Source: an uncultured Candidatus Binatia bacterium (lineage in GTDB: Bacteria > Desulfobacterota > Binatia > UBA9968 > JAJDTQ01). Taken from it: DNA of 64,000 bases. Below, in pieces: positions 20,213 through 31,562 of the stretch. Below the pieces are notes generated by a model. It made no database searches, was not told the DNA's origin, and worked only from the letters and a program-made list of their open reading frames with translations. How positions within the stretch are numbered: position 1 is the first letter of the stretch; the number at the start of each line of letters is the position of its first letter. A program made the position numbers and the translations under genes. The DNA lies in NCBI GenBank assembly GCA_964291295.2, contig OZ219754.1:1248001-1312000 (forward strand). Direction: 5' to 3'.

Positions 20213-20230
20213 GGGGGGGGGGGGGGGGGG
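20213..20230 (+). repeat. G18 homopolymer tract upstream of the RTX gene
   Basis: 18 consecutive G counted directly. Confidence 0.9.
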
Positions 20231-20316
20231 ATGGTACCACCAATGACAGCGTGGCGGGATGTGTATGGATAGGTTGGCATGCTGGATAGGTTGGCATGCG
20301 GAAAGGAGTGTTCGGG

Positions 20317-22149
20317 ATGAGTATTGAGCGAACCGGCGGCGATGGCAATGATGAACTGCGGGGCGGTATTGGCGACGATACGCTGGACGGCGGCAATGGT
20401 GACGATACGCTGGACGGCGGCAATGGCGACGACGTTCTCTACGGGGGTGACGGCAGGGACAGGCTGTCGGGGGGGGGGGGAGTCGACTGGCTGTATGGCG
20501 GCGGCGATGATGACACGCTGATGGAGGGCGGGGCGGGCAACGATTGGCTTTGGGGCGAAGAGGGCGATGACGTGCTGGAAGGGGGGGCGGACAAGGACAC
20601 GCTGTACGGCGGTTCGGGCGACGACACGCTGCGGGGGGGCACGGGGGTGGACACGCTGTATGGCGGTTTGGGGGCGGACACCTTCGCATTCGCGGTGGGG
20701 GACGGCGCGGACACGATCGTGGATTTCGAGGTGGGGGACACGATCGAGATTGCCGGGGTATCGGGTGGTTTCCCTGCGCTGGTGATCGAGCAGGATGGCG
20801 CCAATGCGGTCATCCGCTACGGCGAGGGTGACACGATCACGCTGGAGGGCGTGACGGCGGACTCTCTCGGAGCGGAGGACTTCCACTTCCTTCCGGTGGA
20901 GACGGTCGCACAGGCGGGAGTCGAGGAGGACACGGCTACGCAGGGTGCGCCTGCGGGCGGCGACATTCTGAAGGGCGGCAGGGGCGACGACACGCTGACG
21001 GGCGGTGCCGGCGACGACGTTCTGAGAGGCCGCAGAGGCGCGGACACGCTGGAGGGTGGTGCCGGCGACGACACGCTGAGGGGCGGCAGGGGCGCGGACA
21101 CGCTGACGGGCGGTGCGGGCGACGACACGCTGACGGGCGGTCGTGGCGCGGACACCTTCGTGTTCGCGGCAGGGGACGGCGCTGACACGATCACCGATTT
21201 CGAGGCAGGGGACAGGATTCGTCTTGACGGCGTGGTGGGCGGGTTCACGGCGCTCCGTATCGATCAGGAAGACGCCGATACGGTCATCCGTTACGGCGAC
21301 GGCGCCGATACGATCACCCTGTCGGGGGTGACGGCGGCCTCCTTGGGCGAGGAGGATTTCAACCTGCCTGCCGGCGACGACCTCACCCTGAAGGGCGGCC
21401 CCGGCGACGATACCCTGGAGGGCGGCCGAGGTGACGACACCCTGAAGGGCGGCGACGGCGACGATACCCTGGATGGCGGCTGGGGCGACGACACCCTGGA
21501 GGGCGGCGACGGTGACGATACCCTGGATGGCGGCTGGGGCGACGACACCCTGGAGGGCGGCGACGGTGACGATACCCTGGATGGCAGCTGGGGCGACGAC
21601 GCCCTGAAGGGCGGCGAAGACGACGATACCCTGGAGGGCAGTTGGGGTGACGACGTGATCTACGGCGGCGGCGGCAACGATACCCTGGATGGCAGCTGGG
21701 GCGACGATATCCTGGATGGCGGCGACGGTGACGATAGCCTGTCTAGCAGCCACGGCGACAACACCATGGTGGGCGGCAAGGGCAACGACACCATGACAAG
21801 TGGCTGGGGGGCCGATACCTTCGTGTTCCACGAGGGTGATGGGCAGGACACGATCAAGTCGTTCGGCCACGGGTTTGGTGGAAGCGACGAGTCCCTTCCC
21901 ACTTACGAAGATTTTGAAGCGGCCGAGAAGAAGGCCTTGGCCAATGGGTGGACGGATGTCATCCAGCTTCACCTCTACGCTACGGCCGACCAGATCTCGG
22001 ACCAAGCCGCTTTCGAGTCGCTGGATATCCGCCAGGACGGGGACCATACGGTCATCGGCTACGGCGGTTCGGGAGATACCATCACACTGCTCGATACCGA
22101 CATGGCCTCTCTGAGCATGGACGACTTCGAATTCATTTTCATGGCCTAG
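20317..22149 (+). CDS. RTX (hemolysin-type Ca2+-binding) repeat protein, probable type I secretion substrate
   Basis: Three blocks of GGxGxDxLx nonapeptides, each followed by a GADTFxF..GDGxDTIxDF module; very acidic; no signal peptide. Confidence 0.93.
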   Translation: MSIERTGGDGNDELRGGIGDDTLDGGNGDDTLDGGNGDDVLYGGDGRDRLSGGGGVDWLYGGGDDDTLMEGGAGNDWLWGEEGDDVLEGGADKDTLYGGSGDDTLRGGTGVDTLYGGLGADTFAFAVGDGADTIVDFEVGDTIEIAGVSGGFPALVIEQDGANAVIRYGEGDTITLEGVTADSLGAEDFHFLPVETVAQAGVEEDTATQGAPAGGDILKGGRGDDTLTGGAGDDVLRGRRGADTLEGGAGDDTLRGGRGADTLTGGAGDDTLTGGRGADTFVFAAGDGADTITDFEAGDRIRLDGVVGGFTALRIDQEDADTVIRYGDGADTITLSGVTAASLGEEDFNLPAGDDLTLKGGPGDDTLEGGRGDDTLKGGDGDDTLDGGWGDDTLEGGDGDDTLDGGWGDDTLEGGDGDDTLDGSWGDDALKGGEDDDTLEGSWGDDVIYGGGGNDTLDGSWGDDILDGGDGDDSLSSSHGDNTMVGGKGNDTMTSGWGADTFVFHEGDGQDTIKSFGHGFGGSDESLPTYEDFEAAEKKALANGWTDVIQLHLYATADQISDQAAFESLDIRQDGDHTVIGYGGSGDTITLLDTDMASLSMDDFEFIFMA

Positions 22150-22465
22150 GAGCCTGTGCCGCAGGACGCTTCGGGATGTCACCGGTGGGAGAGCATGGCC
22201 GGATTTTCGTCCAAAATGCCAGAAACGTGTAGCCTTGTCCCATTATTGGACATGAATTGGGTGCCAAGTGGGACTCCGGTGGATCTCTGCTTCACCAGAA
22301 TTTCCTGCGGCGCAGGCTCCTGGACGGCGGGACCGAGCCGCCCGCTGGCGTTCCTGGCATGGGACAGGCAGCGGGCGGCAGCGCGCCGGTTCCGGCCTGC
22401 TGCAATGCCCGTGACGCCGGCTGCCCACGGCTCCGGAGCCTGCCTGGGCCATGGGCGCGGCACGG

Positions 22466-24367
<1,902 letters not shown>

Positions 24368-24703
24368 CCTGCGTCTCCCCGAAGGCGTGGCCCTGGCACT
24401 GTCCATAAACCCTGCATGCCGGCGTCCGCAAGCGGAGGGGCGCGGTCCTGACGGTCCTCCGCCCGGCCGGCGCGGTACGGTCATGCCGGCGCCGCCGGGC
24501 CGCGCGTGGAGCCGGTCTCCATCGGGAACGGCGGCATCGACGGAACGGGACCCGGCCCGGTGCGCGGGGGGCACGCCATCGCGGCCCCCCGGTGCGTCAC
24601 GGGCGAACCCGTGGTCGCGGCGTGTCCGGATCGAGACCACGAAGCCCTTCTTTGACAGCGTCCGCGCGTTGGTCTAGGTACGGTAGCTGGCGGGGCACGC
24701 CTC

Positions 24704-26458
24704 ATGAGTTACCGAACCCTTCATCACCAAGCCGACGTTCTGGTCATCGGCGGCGGCGCCGCCGGGGCCATGGCGGCGATCCGCGCGCGCGAGGCGGGGG
24801 CCGATGTGCTGCTGGTGGACAAGTCCGTGTTCGGCCGCAGCGGCTGCGCGGCGCTGGCCTCGGGCGCCTACATCACCTACATGCCGGGCGACGACATCAT
24901 GCTCCATCTCGGCGGCCGCGGCGTGCTCACCAATCAGACCAAGGCCATCGAGGCCATCTACGCCACCCATGACCTGCTCCGGATCCTGGAGGGCTGGGGC
25001 GTCAGGTTCGTCAAGGAGCGCGGCGAGATCTGGCGCGGCAAGGGCGGCTCCGGGGCCGCCGCCAGCGGTGGCCTCGCCGCGGGCCTGGTGGGCGGTGGCA
25101 CGGCGATGATGAAGGTGGTGCGCGGCGTGGCCCTGCGCGCCGGAGTCCGGGTGCTCAACCGGGTGTCGGTCACCGACCTTCTGACCTCGGATGGCGCGCA
25201 CCCCACCGGCGGCCGCGTGGTGGGGGCGTTGGGGGTGTCCGGACGCGAGCGCGAGGTCCATGTGTGCGAGGCCAGGTCGGTGGTGATGTGCGCGGGCGGT
25301 TTCAACTTCGGCTACAAGAGGCCGGGGCAGTGGTTCGCCGGCATGCCCCTCAACATCACCAGCGACGGGGTCGCCATGCAGCTCCGGGCCGGCGCGGTGA
25401 TGGGCAACATGGCGGTGGGCAGCAAGTACCTTCAGACCATGGAATTCCTGTGCGCCCCCGGCATCGAGCACTTCACCACCATGGGCACCAGCTACTTCAA
25501 CCGCCTGGGCGACGACGTCATGAAGCGGTTCTCGGAATCCGAGGCCGAGTTCACCCGCCGGCTGTCGCTGGGACAGGCGGTGGCCCTGGAGATGCTGGAA
25601 GGCAACGGCCCCGTCTACCTCGACTGCACCGGGCTCGCGCCCGAGAACATGCGGCTGCTGTACGAGGTCATTCCCATCATCATGAACACCTTCGAGGCGG
25701 CGGGCTACGACCTGGCCAAGGAGCGGGTTCCGTATCTGCCGGTGCTGGCGGCCACCTACGGCTCCAGCCACGGCGGCGGCGCGGTGGTGGACGACCGCTG
25801 CCGGACCTCGCTGCCGGGCCTTTTCGCCGCCGGCGCCAGCAGTGACGGCATGAACATCTCGCCCAATCTGAACCTGTCCTGGTGCATGGTGCTGGGCTGG
25901 TGGGCGGGGCGGCACGCCGCCGATCACGCCCGCAAGGCGGACCTCAAGGGCGCGGTGGCGCGGCAGGTGGAATCGCTGGCCCGGAACGTCACCCGCCACC
26001 TCAAGCCCGCAGGCATCTCCTTCGTCGAGGTCCATGGCCGCGCCGCCGACCTGCTGCACGAGCTTGGGGTGATTCTCAGCGACGAGAAGATCGACCGGGT
26101 GCGGCGCGGCCTCCTGGAGATCCTGGCAACGTATGACAACGTCATGGCCAGGGATCCCCACGACCTGGTGAAGGTGCTGGGGCTGCGGAACTCCATCGAG
26201 GCGCTGACCGCGGTGCTGGACTACCTGCTGCACCGCCAGGAGAGCCGGGGCTCGGTCATCAACCGCGACCATCCCGAGACCGACAACGACAGGTGGCTGG
26301 TGTTGAGCAAATCCATCATCGAGAACGGCGCCCTGAAGATCTGGGACGAGCCCATCCCCCCCAGCCAGTTCTACGTGCACTACCGGCCGCGACCCGGAAA
26401 GACGATGCATCCCTTCTTCAAGGTCGCCGGGCAGGCGGTGGAAGGGGGAGTGCCGTGA
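24704..26458 (+). CDS. FAD-dependent oxidoreductase, SdhA/FrdA/AprA flavoprotein superfamily
   Basis: DVLVIGGGAAG, RSG, TSLPGLFAAG, RQESRG...RDHPETDN. Confidence 0.88.
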   Translation: MSYRTLHHQADVLVIGGGAAGAMAAIRAREAGADVLLVDKSVFGRSGCAALASGAYITYMPGDDIMLHLGGRGVLTNQTKAIEAIYATHDLLRILEGWGVRFVKERGEIWRGKGGSGAAASGGLAAGLVGGGTAMMKVVRGVALRAGVRVLNRVSVTDLLTSDGAHPTGGRVVGALGVSGREREVHVCEARSVVMCAGGFNFGYKRPGQWFAGMPLNITSDGVAMQLRAGAVMGNMAVGSKYLQTMEFLCAPGIEHFTTMGTSYFNRLGDDVMKRFSESEAEFTRRLSLGQAVALEMLEGNGPVYLDCTGLAPENMRLLYEVIPIIMNTFEAAGYDLAKERVPYLPVLAATYGSSHGGGAVVDDRCRTSLPGLFAAGASSDGMNISPNLNLSWCMVLGWWAGRHAADHARKADLKGAVARQVESLARNVTRHLKPAGISFVEVHGRAADLLHELGVILSDEKIDRVRRGLLEILATYDNVMARDPHDLVKVLGLRNSIEALTAVLDYLLHRQESRGSVINRDHPETDNDRWLVLSKSIIENGALKIWDEPIPPSQFYVHYRPRPGKTMHPFFKVAGQAVEGGVP

Positions 26459-26688
26459 CCGCGGCTCGGGACCCGCATTTGCCGAAGGTCGAGATCTACA
26501 AGGAAGTCTGCATCTCCTGCACCGCATGCGACGACGCCTGTCCGACCGACGTGATCAGGATGGGCAGGGACGGCTATCCCTTTGCCATGTACGAGGAAGA
26601 TTGCCAGGGCTGCTTCATCTGCCAATGGGACTGTCCCGTCGGCGCCATCAGGATCCGCGTCGCCCGTTGGTACGAGGCGGCGCGCTAA
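26455..26688 (+). CDS. 2x[4Fe-4S] ferredoxin (AprB-like partner)
   Basis: CISCTACDDACP and CQGCFICQWDCP; GTGA overlap with the flavoprotein stop. Confidence 0.9.
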   Translation: MTAARDPHLPKVEIYKEVCISCTACDDACPTDVIRMGRDGYPFAMYEEDCQGCFICQWDCPVGAIRIRVARWYEAAR

Positions 26689-26954
26689 CACACGTCCCGT
26701 GTCCCGCGGGTGCCCGGCCGGCAGGGGACAGGGCACCCGCCCGGGTTCGGCCGGACGCGCGGTGCCGAGCCGCCGGGAACACGCGGGAACACCGCTTTCG
26801 CCCGGCGTCTTCGGCTCGCATGCGCCGGTTCCACGCGGCCGTGCGGGCCCGGGTTCGTTCCGGTGGACGGGCAGGTTTTCATTTCGCGTGCGCCGGCTCT
26901 GCCGGCCAGCAGCCCACAGAGGATCACGGATCCGGCCCCCGGTTTTCATTTCGC

Positions 26955-27830
26955 ATGAGCATACTCTACTCCCTGATCGCGTCGTTCGGTTTCGCGGTCT
27001 CCCACATCCTGATCCGCCGCGGGCTGGCCCGGTCCAATCCCCTGGCGGGCTTCGCCATCTCCATCGTCATCTCGGCGCTGACCCTCTGGTCCATGGCGGC
27101 GGCCACGCTGCCCCTGGCGGTTTTCCGGACCCATGCCGTCTGGTACTTCGCCGTGGGCGGTCTGTTCGCTTCCGGTCTGGGCCGCTGGCTGATCTATGTC
27201 TCCATCGACCGGCTGGGGGTGGCGCGCTCCATCCCGGTCGTGAGCACCACGCCCATGTTCGCCTCGATCCTGGCCGTGTTCCTGGTGGGCGAACACTGGA
27301 CGCTGGGCGCGTTCTTCGGCACGGCGCTGATCATCGGCGGGGTCGTCGTCATCTCGCGCACCCATGAGCAAAGGGCCGACTGGCACCGCGCGGACCTGGC
27401 CTTCCCGCTCCTGGGGGCGCTGTCGTTCGCCTTCTCCGCCAGCGTCCGGAAGCTCGGCTTCTTCATTGACAACGTGCCGATCATGGCGTCGTGCGTGAAC
27501 GCCACCACGGGACTGGTACTGGCCGTCCTGATGATTTATGGCCAGGGCGGCCCGGGCAAGGTGTTGCGCATGTCCCGGTCGGTGTTCTGGTGGTTCGTGG
27601 CCGCGGGAGTCGGCAACACCACCGGGATGCTGGCGAACTTCTACGCCCTTTCCACCGGCGACATCGTCATCGTGGAGCCGCTCATCAGCACCAACCCGGT
27701 GTTGACGGTGGTTCTCACGGCCATTTTCCTGCGCGACGTGGAAACCGTGAATCTGCGGGTCTGCATCGGTGTCGCATTCACGTTCGCCGGCACCCTGCTG
27801 CTGGTCTACGCAAGGGCGGGCGGGGCCTGA
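26955..27830 (+). CDS. DMT/EamA family transporter
   Basis: About 10 TM segments in two repeats; STTPMFA..LAVFLVGE and STNPVL..LTAIFLRD. Confidence 0.9.
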   Translation: MSILYSLIASFGFAVSHILIRRGLARSNPLAGFAISIVISALTLWSMAAATLPLAVFRTHAVWYFAVGGLFASGLGRWLIYVSIDRLGVARSIPVVSTTPMFASILAVFLVGEHWTLGAFFGTALIIGGVVVISRTHEQRADWHRADLAFPLLGALSFAFSASVRKLGFFIDNVPIMASCVNATTGLVLAVLMIYGQGGPGKVLRMSRSVFWWFVAAGVGNTTGMLANFYALSTGDIVIVEPLISTNPVLTVVLTAIFLRDVETVNLRVCIGVAFTFAGTLLLVYARAGGA

Positions 27831-27896
27831 GTCCGGGCGTGACCCCGGGCCCCGCCGGGCGTGTCCTTTCCCGGCCGGCTCGGATAGAATGGCCGC

Positions 27897-29069
27897 GTGC
27901 GTACCGGACTGGAAAGGCTCCTCGACGATCCGTGCCGCTGGCTGGGGAAATCGCGGGTCGGACTGGTGGCCAATCCGACCACGGTGGATCGCCGGCTGGC
28001 CCACGCCGCCGACCTGCTGCACCGGCACCCGGACGTGAGCCTGTGCCGCCTGTTCGGGCCGGAGCACGGACTGCGCGGTTCGGTCCAGGACATGGTGGGA
28101 GTGGCGGACGACGCGGACCCCGCCACCGGCCTGCCGGTGACGAGCCTGTACGGTGCCACCTTCGAGTCCCTGTCGCCCGCGCCGAAGCACTTGGCCGGCC
28201 TCGATGTGCTCCTGTTCGACATCCAGGACGTGGGCGCCCGCTACTACACCTATGCCGCCACCATGGCCCTGTGCATGCGTGCGGCGAAGACGGCCGGGAT
28301 CCGGGTGGTGGTCCTCGACCGGCCCAACCCCATTGGCGGCACGGCGGTGGAAGGGGGCGGCCTGGACGAGGGGCTGGAGAACTTCTGCGGCCTGTACCCG
28401 ATCCCCCAGCGGCACGGAATGACCCTGGGCGAGCTGGCCCGGTTGTACAACCGGACCTTCGGCATCGGCTGCGAGCTGGAAGTGGTGGCGTGCCAAGGCT
28501 GGGCGCGAAGCGCCTGGTACGACGAGTGCGGCCTGCCCTGGGTGCTGCCGTCGCCCAACATGCCGACCCCGGAGACGGCGCTCGTCTATCCGGGCATGTG
28601 CCTGCTCGAGGGCACCAACCTGTCCGAGGGCCGCGGCACCACGCGGCCCTTCGAACTGTTCGGGGCGCCGTTCATCGACGCGGCCGCACTGGCCCGGGAA
28701 TTGCGGCGGCAGGACCTCTCCGGGGTGCGGTTCCGAGAGTGCGTCATCGAGCCGGCGTTCCACAAGTTCAAGGGCGAGCGCTGCGGCGCACTGCAGTTGC
28801 ACGTCGAAAACCGGCGCGCCTTCGAGCCCTACCGGACCGGCCTGGCGGTGCTGGTGGCGGTGCGAAAGCTGTGGCCGGAAGCGTTGGCGTGGAGAACCGC
28901 GTCCTATGAGTTCCGCGCCGACGTTCCGGCAATCGATCTCTTGACCGGGCGCGCCGCGGTCAGGCAGGCCATTGACCGCGGCGCGGCTCTGGACGCGGTG
29001 TACCGCGCCGCCCGCGGCGGGACGGCGCTTTACGAGGCCGGACGCGACGAGGCGCTGCTGTACGACTGA
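27897..29069 (+). CDS. namZ: DUF1343 / exo-beta-N-acetylmuramidase NamZ family protein
   Basis: TGLE, GLVANPT, LFGPEHG, FDIQDVGARYYTY, LDRPNP, RHGMTLGELA, PSPNMP, SEGRGTTRPFE. Confidence 0.88.
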   Translation: MRTGLERLLDDPCRWLGKSRVGLVANPTTVDRRLAHAADLLHRHPDVSLCRLFGPEHGLRGSVQDMVGVADDADPATGLPVTSLYGATFESLSPAPKHLAGLDVLLFDIQDVGARYYTYAATMALCMRAAKTAGIRVVVLDRPNPIGGTAVEGGGLDEGLENFCGLYPIPQRHGMTLGELARLYNRTFGIGCELEVVACQGWARSAWYDECGLPWVLPSPNMPTPETALVYPGMCLLEGTNLSEGRGTTRPFELFGAPFIDAAALARELRRQDLSGVRFRECVIEPAFHKFKGERCGALQLHVENRRAFEPYRTGLAVLVAVRKLWPEALAWRTASYEFRADVPAIDLLTGRAAVRQAIDRGAALDAVYRAARGGTALYEAGRDEALLYD

Positions 29070-29124
29070 GACGACGGCGGCGACGGTCGAAGTCCGCATT
29101 CATGGATCACGAAGGAGGAAGAAC

Positions 29125-29817
29125 ATGGCAGATCAGGAAGTCGCAGTGGTGGTGGGGGGCGGTCCGGGCCTGAGCGCCGCGCTCGTGCGGCTGTTCACCC
29201 GGGAAGGGATGAAGGCCGCTATCGCCGCCCGCAACCCCGACAAGCTCAAGCCCTTGTCGGAAAGCGCCGGTTGCCGGGCCTACCGGTGCGATGCGGTGGT
29301 CCCGGAGGAGGTCGACGATCTGTTCGCCCGGGTGGCACAGGACCTCGGAACTCCCGGCGTGGTGGTCTACAACGCCAGCGCGCGCGTGCGCGGACCGCTG
29401 ACCGACCTTGATGCCGGCGCCGTCCGGGACGCCATCCTGGTCACATGCTACGGCGGTTTCCTGGTAGGGCGGGCCGCCGCCAGCCGCATGCTGCGGGCCG
29501 GCGGAGGGACCATCCTCTTTACCGGCGCCTCGGCGAGCGTCAAGGGCTATGCCAACTCCGCCTCCTTCGCCATGGGAAAGTTCGGGCTCAGCGGCCTCGC
29601 CCAGAGCATGGCGCGGGAGCTTCAGCCGCAGAACATCCACGTGGCGCAGGTGGTCATCGACGGCGGTATCGACTCGTCCAGGCGCGACCCCGCCCGCGGC
29701 CCGGATGCCTGGCTGAGCCCGGACCGCATAGCGGAGACCTATCTCCATCTCCACCGCCAGCACCGCAGCGCCTGGGCCTCCCACATCGAGTTGAGGCCGT
29801 GGGTGGAGAAGTTCTGA
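29125..29817 (+). CDS. Short-chain dehydrogenase/reductase
   Basis: GGGPGLS, YNAS, FTGASAS, FAMGKF, ELRPWVEKF. Confidence 0.92.
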   Translation: MADQEVAVVVGGGPGLSAALVRLFTREGMKAAIAARNPDKLKPLSESAGCRAYRCDAVVPEEVDDLFARVAQDLGTPGVVVYNASARVRGPLTDLDAGAVRDAILVTCYGGFLVGRAAASRMLRAGGGTILFTGASASVKGYANSASFAMGKFGLSGLAQSMARELQPQNIHVAQVVIDGGIDSSRRDPARGPDAWLSPDRIAETYLHLHRQHRSAWASHIELRPWVEKF

Positions 29818-30017
29818 GCCCGACCGCCCGCGCCTGACGGCTGCGCGGGGTTCCGGAGGCGGGCGGACCCGGGACACCGGTGGCGCCGGAGACGGTCTGA
29901 ACAAGGCGATGGCGCGACATGGCGCCATCGCAACCTGTTGATTCAGCCCCGGCGAACTCGGGATTGTTCAGACCGTTCCTAAAGCACGCGCCGGAACCGC
30001 CGATCTTCCATGATCGT

Positions 30018-30530
30018 ATGGGACCGCGGAATGTACGGTCAACCGGTTGGCGGGCAGTTTTCCGTCTCCGGGGCGAGGAGGGCATCGTCCTGCCGTCGGT
30101 GCTCATGCTGGTGGCGGTTCTGGCCGTGGTGAGCGCCGCCAGCATGACCGCCACCGTGACCGAGTTGAAGATCGCCGACGCTTACCACGAGAGCGTGGCC
30201 GCCTTCTACATCGCCGAAGCCGGGCTTGTTCATGGCCGGCATGAGGTATCGGACGAGGATGGCGTTCACGACTTCGCCGCCCTGTCGGCGTCCACCATCC
30301 TCTTCAGTGGCCGGCGTTTCCACGGCGGCAGCTACACCGCCGTGGCCGAACCGGTGGCCGGCGCCATCCCCGCAAGGCTCCGGCTGAGATCCTTCGCGTG
30401 CTATCCGGCCGCCGACCCGTGCCCGCGCACCCATGCCCGGAGCGCCCTCGAAGTCCTGCTGGTGCAGAACCCTGCCGGCGCCACCCCGCGCGACCGGGTC
30501 CGCCTCATTGCCTGGAGGCGGCTGGACTGA
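30018..30530 (+). CDS. PilX N-terminal-like minor pilin / assembly protein
   Basis: RGEEGIVL followed by a hydrophobic helix, AFYIAEAG motif, C-terminal WRR; start codon uncertain. Confidence 0.72.
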   Translation: MGPRNVRSTGWRAVFRLRGEEGIVLPSVLMLVAVLAVVSAASMTATVTELKIADAYHESVAAFYIAEAGLVHGRHEVSDEDGVHDFAALSASTILFSGRRFHGGSYTAVAEPVAGAIPARLRLRSFACYPAADPCPRTHARSALEVLLVQNPAGATPRDRVRLIAWRRLD

Positions 30531-30646
30531 CCCGCCGGTGCGGGCTGACAGGAATCCGAACGGCCTTGTATGGTGGAGGACATGCTTTGCTCGACAACCT
30601 CTGGTGGACACGGTACCTTCTCTCCGGTGAGTGGGAGAGGGCTGTG

Positions 30647-30740
30647 ATGTCTTCCAGTACAAACCGCGATCCTGTACTCATGGGCAACCGCGCAGTACCG
30701 GTTCACAGATGGGTTCCTTTGGACGCCGGGTTCTGGAGGA
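30647..30740 (+). pseudogene. Probable N-terminal fragment of a DNA methyltransferase
   Basis: MSSSTNRDPVLMGNRAVPVHRWVPLDAGF resembles the recalled 'DPAF..N...PIHRWVPWIAGFS' N-terminus of a methyltransferase group; similarity is lost immediately afterwards. Confidence 0.45.
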
Positions 30741-30911
30741 CGGCTTTGGCAATCCATCCGCAAGGCAACGGACCGGGACAAGGCAGGGTAGGTCCATGGG
30801 ACATCGTACACCCCGGTGGCGGGTGGGCAACGACATGAAAACGCAGCGGCAGTGACGAAGACGTCCTTGCCTGGATCGCTACGTTTTCAGAAGTGTGAAA
30901 GGAGACCGGTT

Positions 30912-31040
30912 ATGGCCGCACAAACCGACAAGAGGCAAGACAGGAAGCTCATGGACCGCCTCATACCGAAAGATCCGAAGTGGTTCGCCAAAGAAATTTT
31001 CGAGTATGCGGACGAGCGAATCGAAAAGGCCGAAGAATAG
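30912..31040 (+). CDS. Small hypothetical protein (42 aa)
   Basis: AAGGAG RBS before ATG; MAAQTDKRQDRKLMDRLIPKDPKWFAKEIFEYADERIEKAEE; stop overlaps the next start. Confidence 0.5.
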   Translation: MAAQTDKRQDRKLMDRLIPKDPKWFAKEIFEYADERIEKAEE

Positions 31041-31315
31041 TGGCTCTCTTTACAATAGCCTTGGTTCAGCCAAGTCCAGCAGTAACTCAACTGATCCGTA
31101 CGAACTACCCAAGTTGCTTCGAGTATAGTCCGACCTTTTACCTGGTAGAGGCAGATGCTCTTGCAGAAACTTTGGCTGTTACCGTGGGCATCAAGGGAGA
31201 AGGACGTGTTTCGGATGCCTCGGGGTTCGTCATCAAGTTACAGGAATTTTCCTATGCCGGATACACGACGCGATCACTGTGGGATTGGCTCAAAGACGTG
31301 GAGAAGCGGACATGA
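31040..31315 (+). CDS. Hypothetical protein (91 aa), low-GC insert
   Basis: GTG overlapping the upstream TAG; ends YAGYTTRSLWDWLK; coupled to the next ORF. Confidence 0.65.
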   Translation: MALFTIALVQPSPAVTQLIRTNYPSCFEYSPTFYLVEADALAETLAVTVGIKGEGRVSDASGFVIKLQEFSYAGYTTRSLWDWLKDVEKRT

Positions 31316-31560
31316 GCGCCGGCCCATGGATGGCTGTTCCCGACCCTGATAGCGCAGAGAGCAGTGGCAAGGGTGGCGGCGGTAACGGGGGCGGGTTCGA
31401 AAGTCGCCTTTCCAGGCTGGAAACCCACCTTCAGTACCTTGCCACCAAAGAAGACATCCAGAAACTCAAGGTATGGTGGTTGGTCGGGATAATCACGGGA
31501 ATGGGACTGGCCGCTACTGTCGCCCTCACCGTCTTGCGATTCTTCACACCGGCTGGGTAA
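31312..31560 (+). CDS. Small coiled-coil + C-terminal TM protein (LATKED motif, phage/IS passenger type)
   Basis: ATGA overlap; GGGGNGGGFESRLSRLE..LATKEDI..LKVWWLVG followed by a TM helix. Confidence 0.7.
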   Translation: MSAGPWMAVPDPDSAESSGKGGGGNGGGFESRLSRLETHLQYLATKEDIQKLKVWWLVGIITGMGLAATVALTVLRFFTPAG

Positions 31561-31562
31561 AT

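Noticed and set aside
21380-21740. Regular repeats resembling a CRISPR array
   Set aside because: They are 27/54-bp coding repeats of RTX nonapeptides with no unique spacers
24704-26688. Dissimilatory APS reductase (aprAB) indicating sulfate reduction or sulfur oxidation
   Set aside because: Only superfamily-level similarity; the ferredoxin is short and lacks the AprB tail, and no sat, qmo or aprM is nearby
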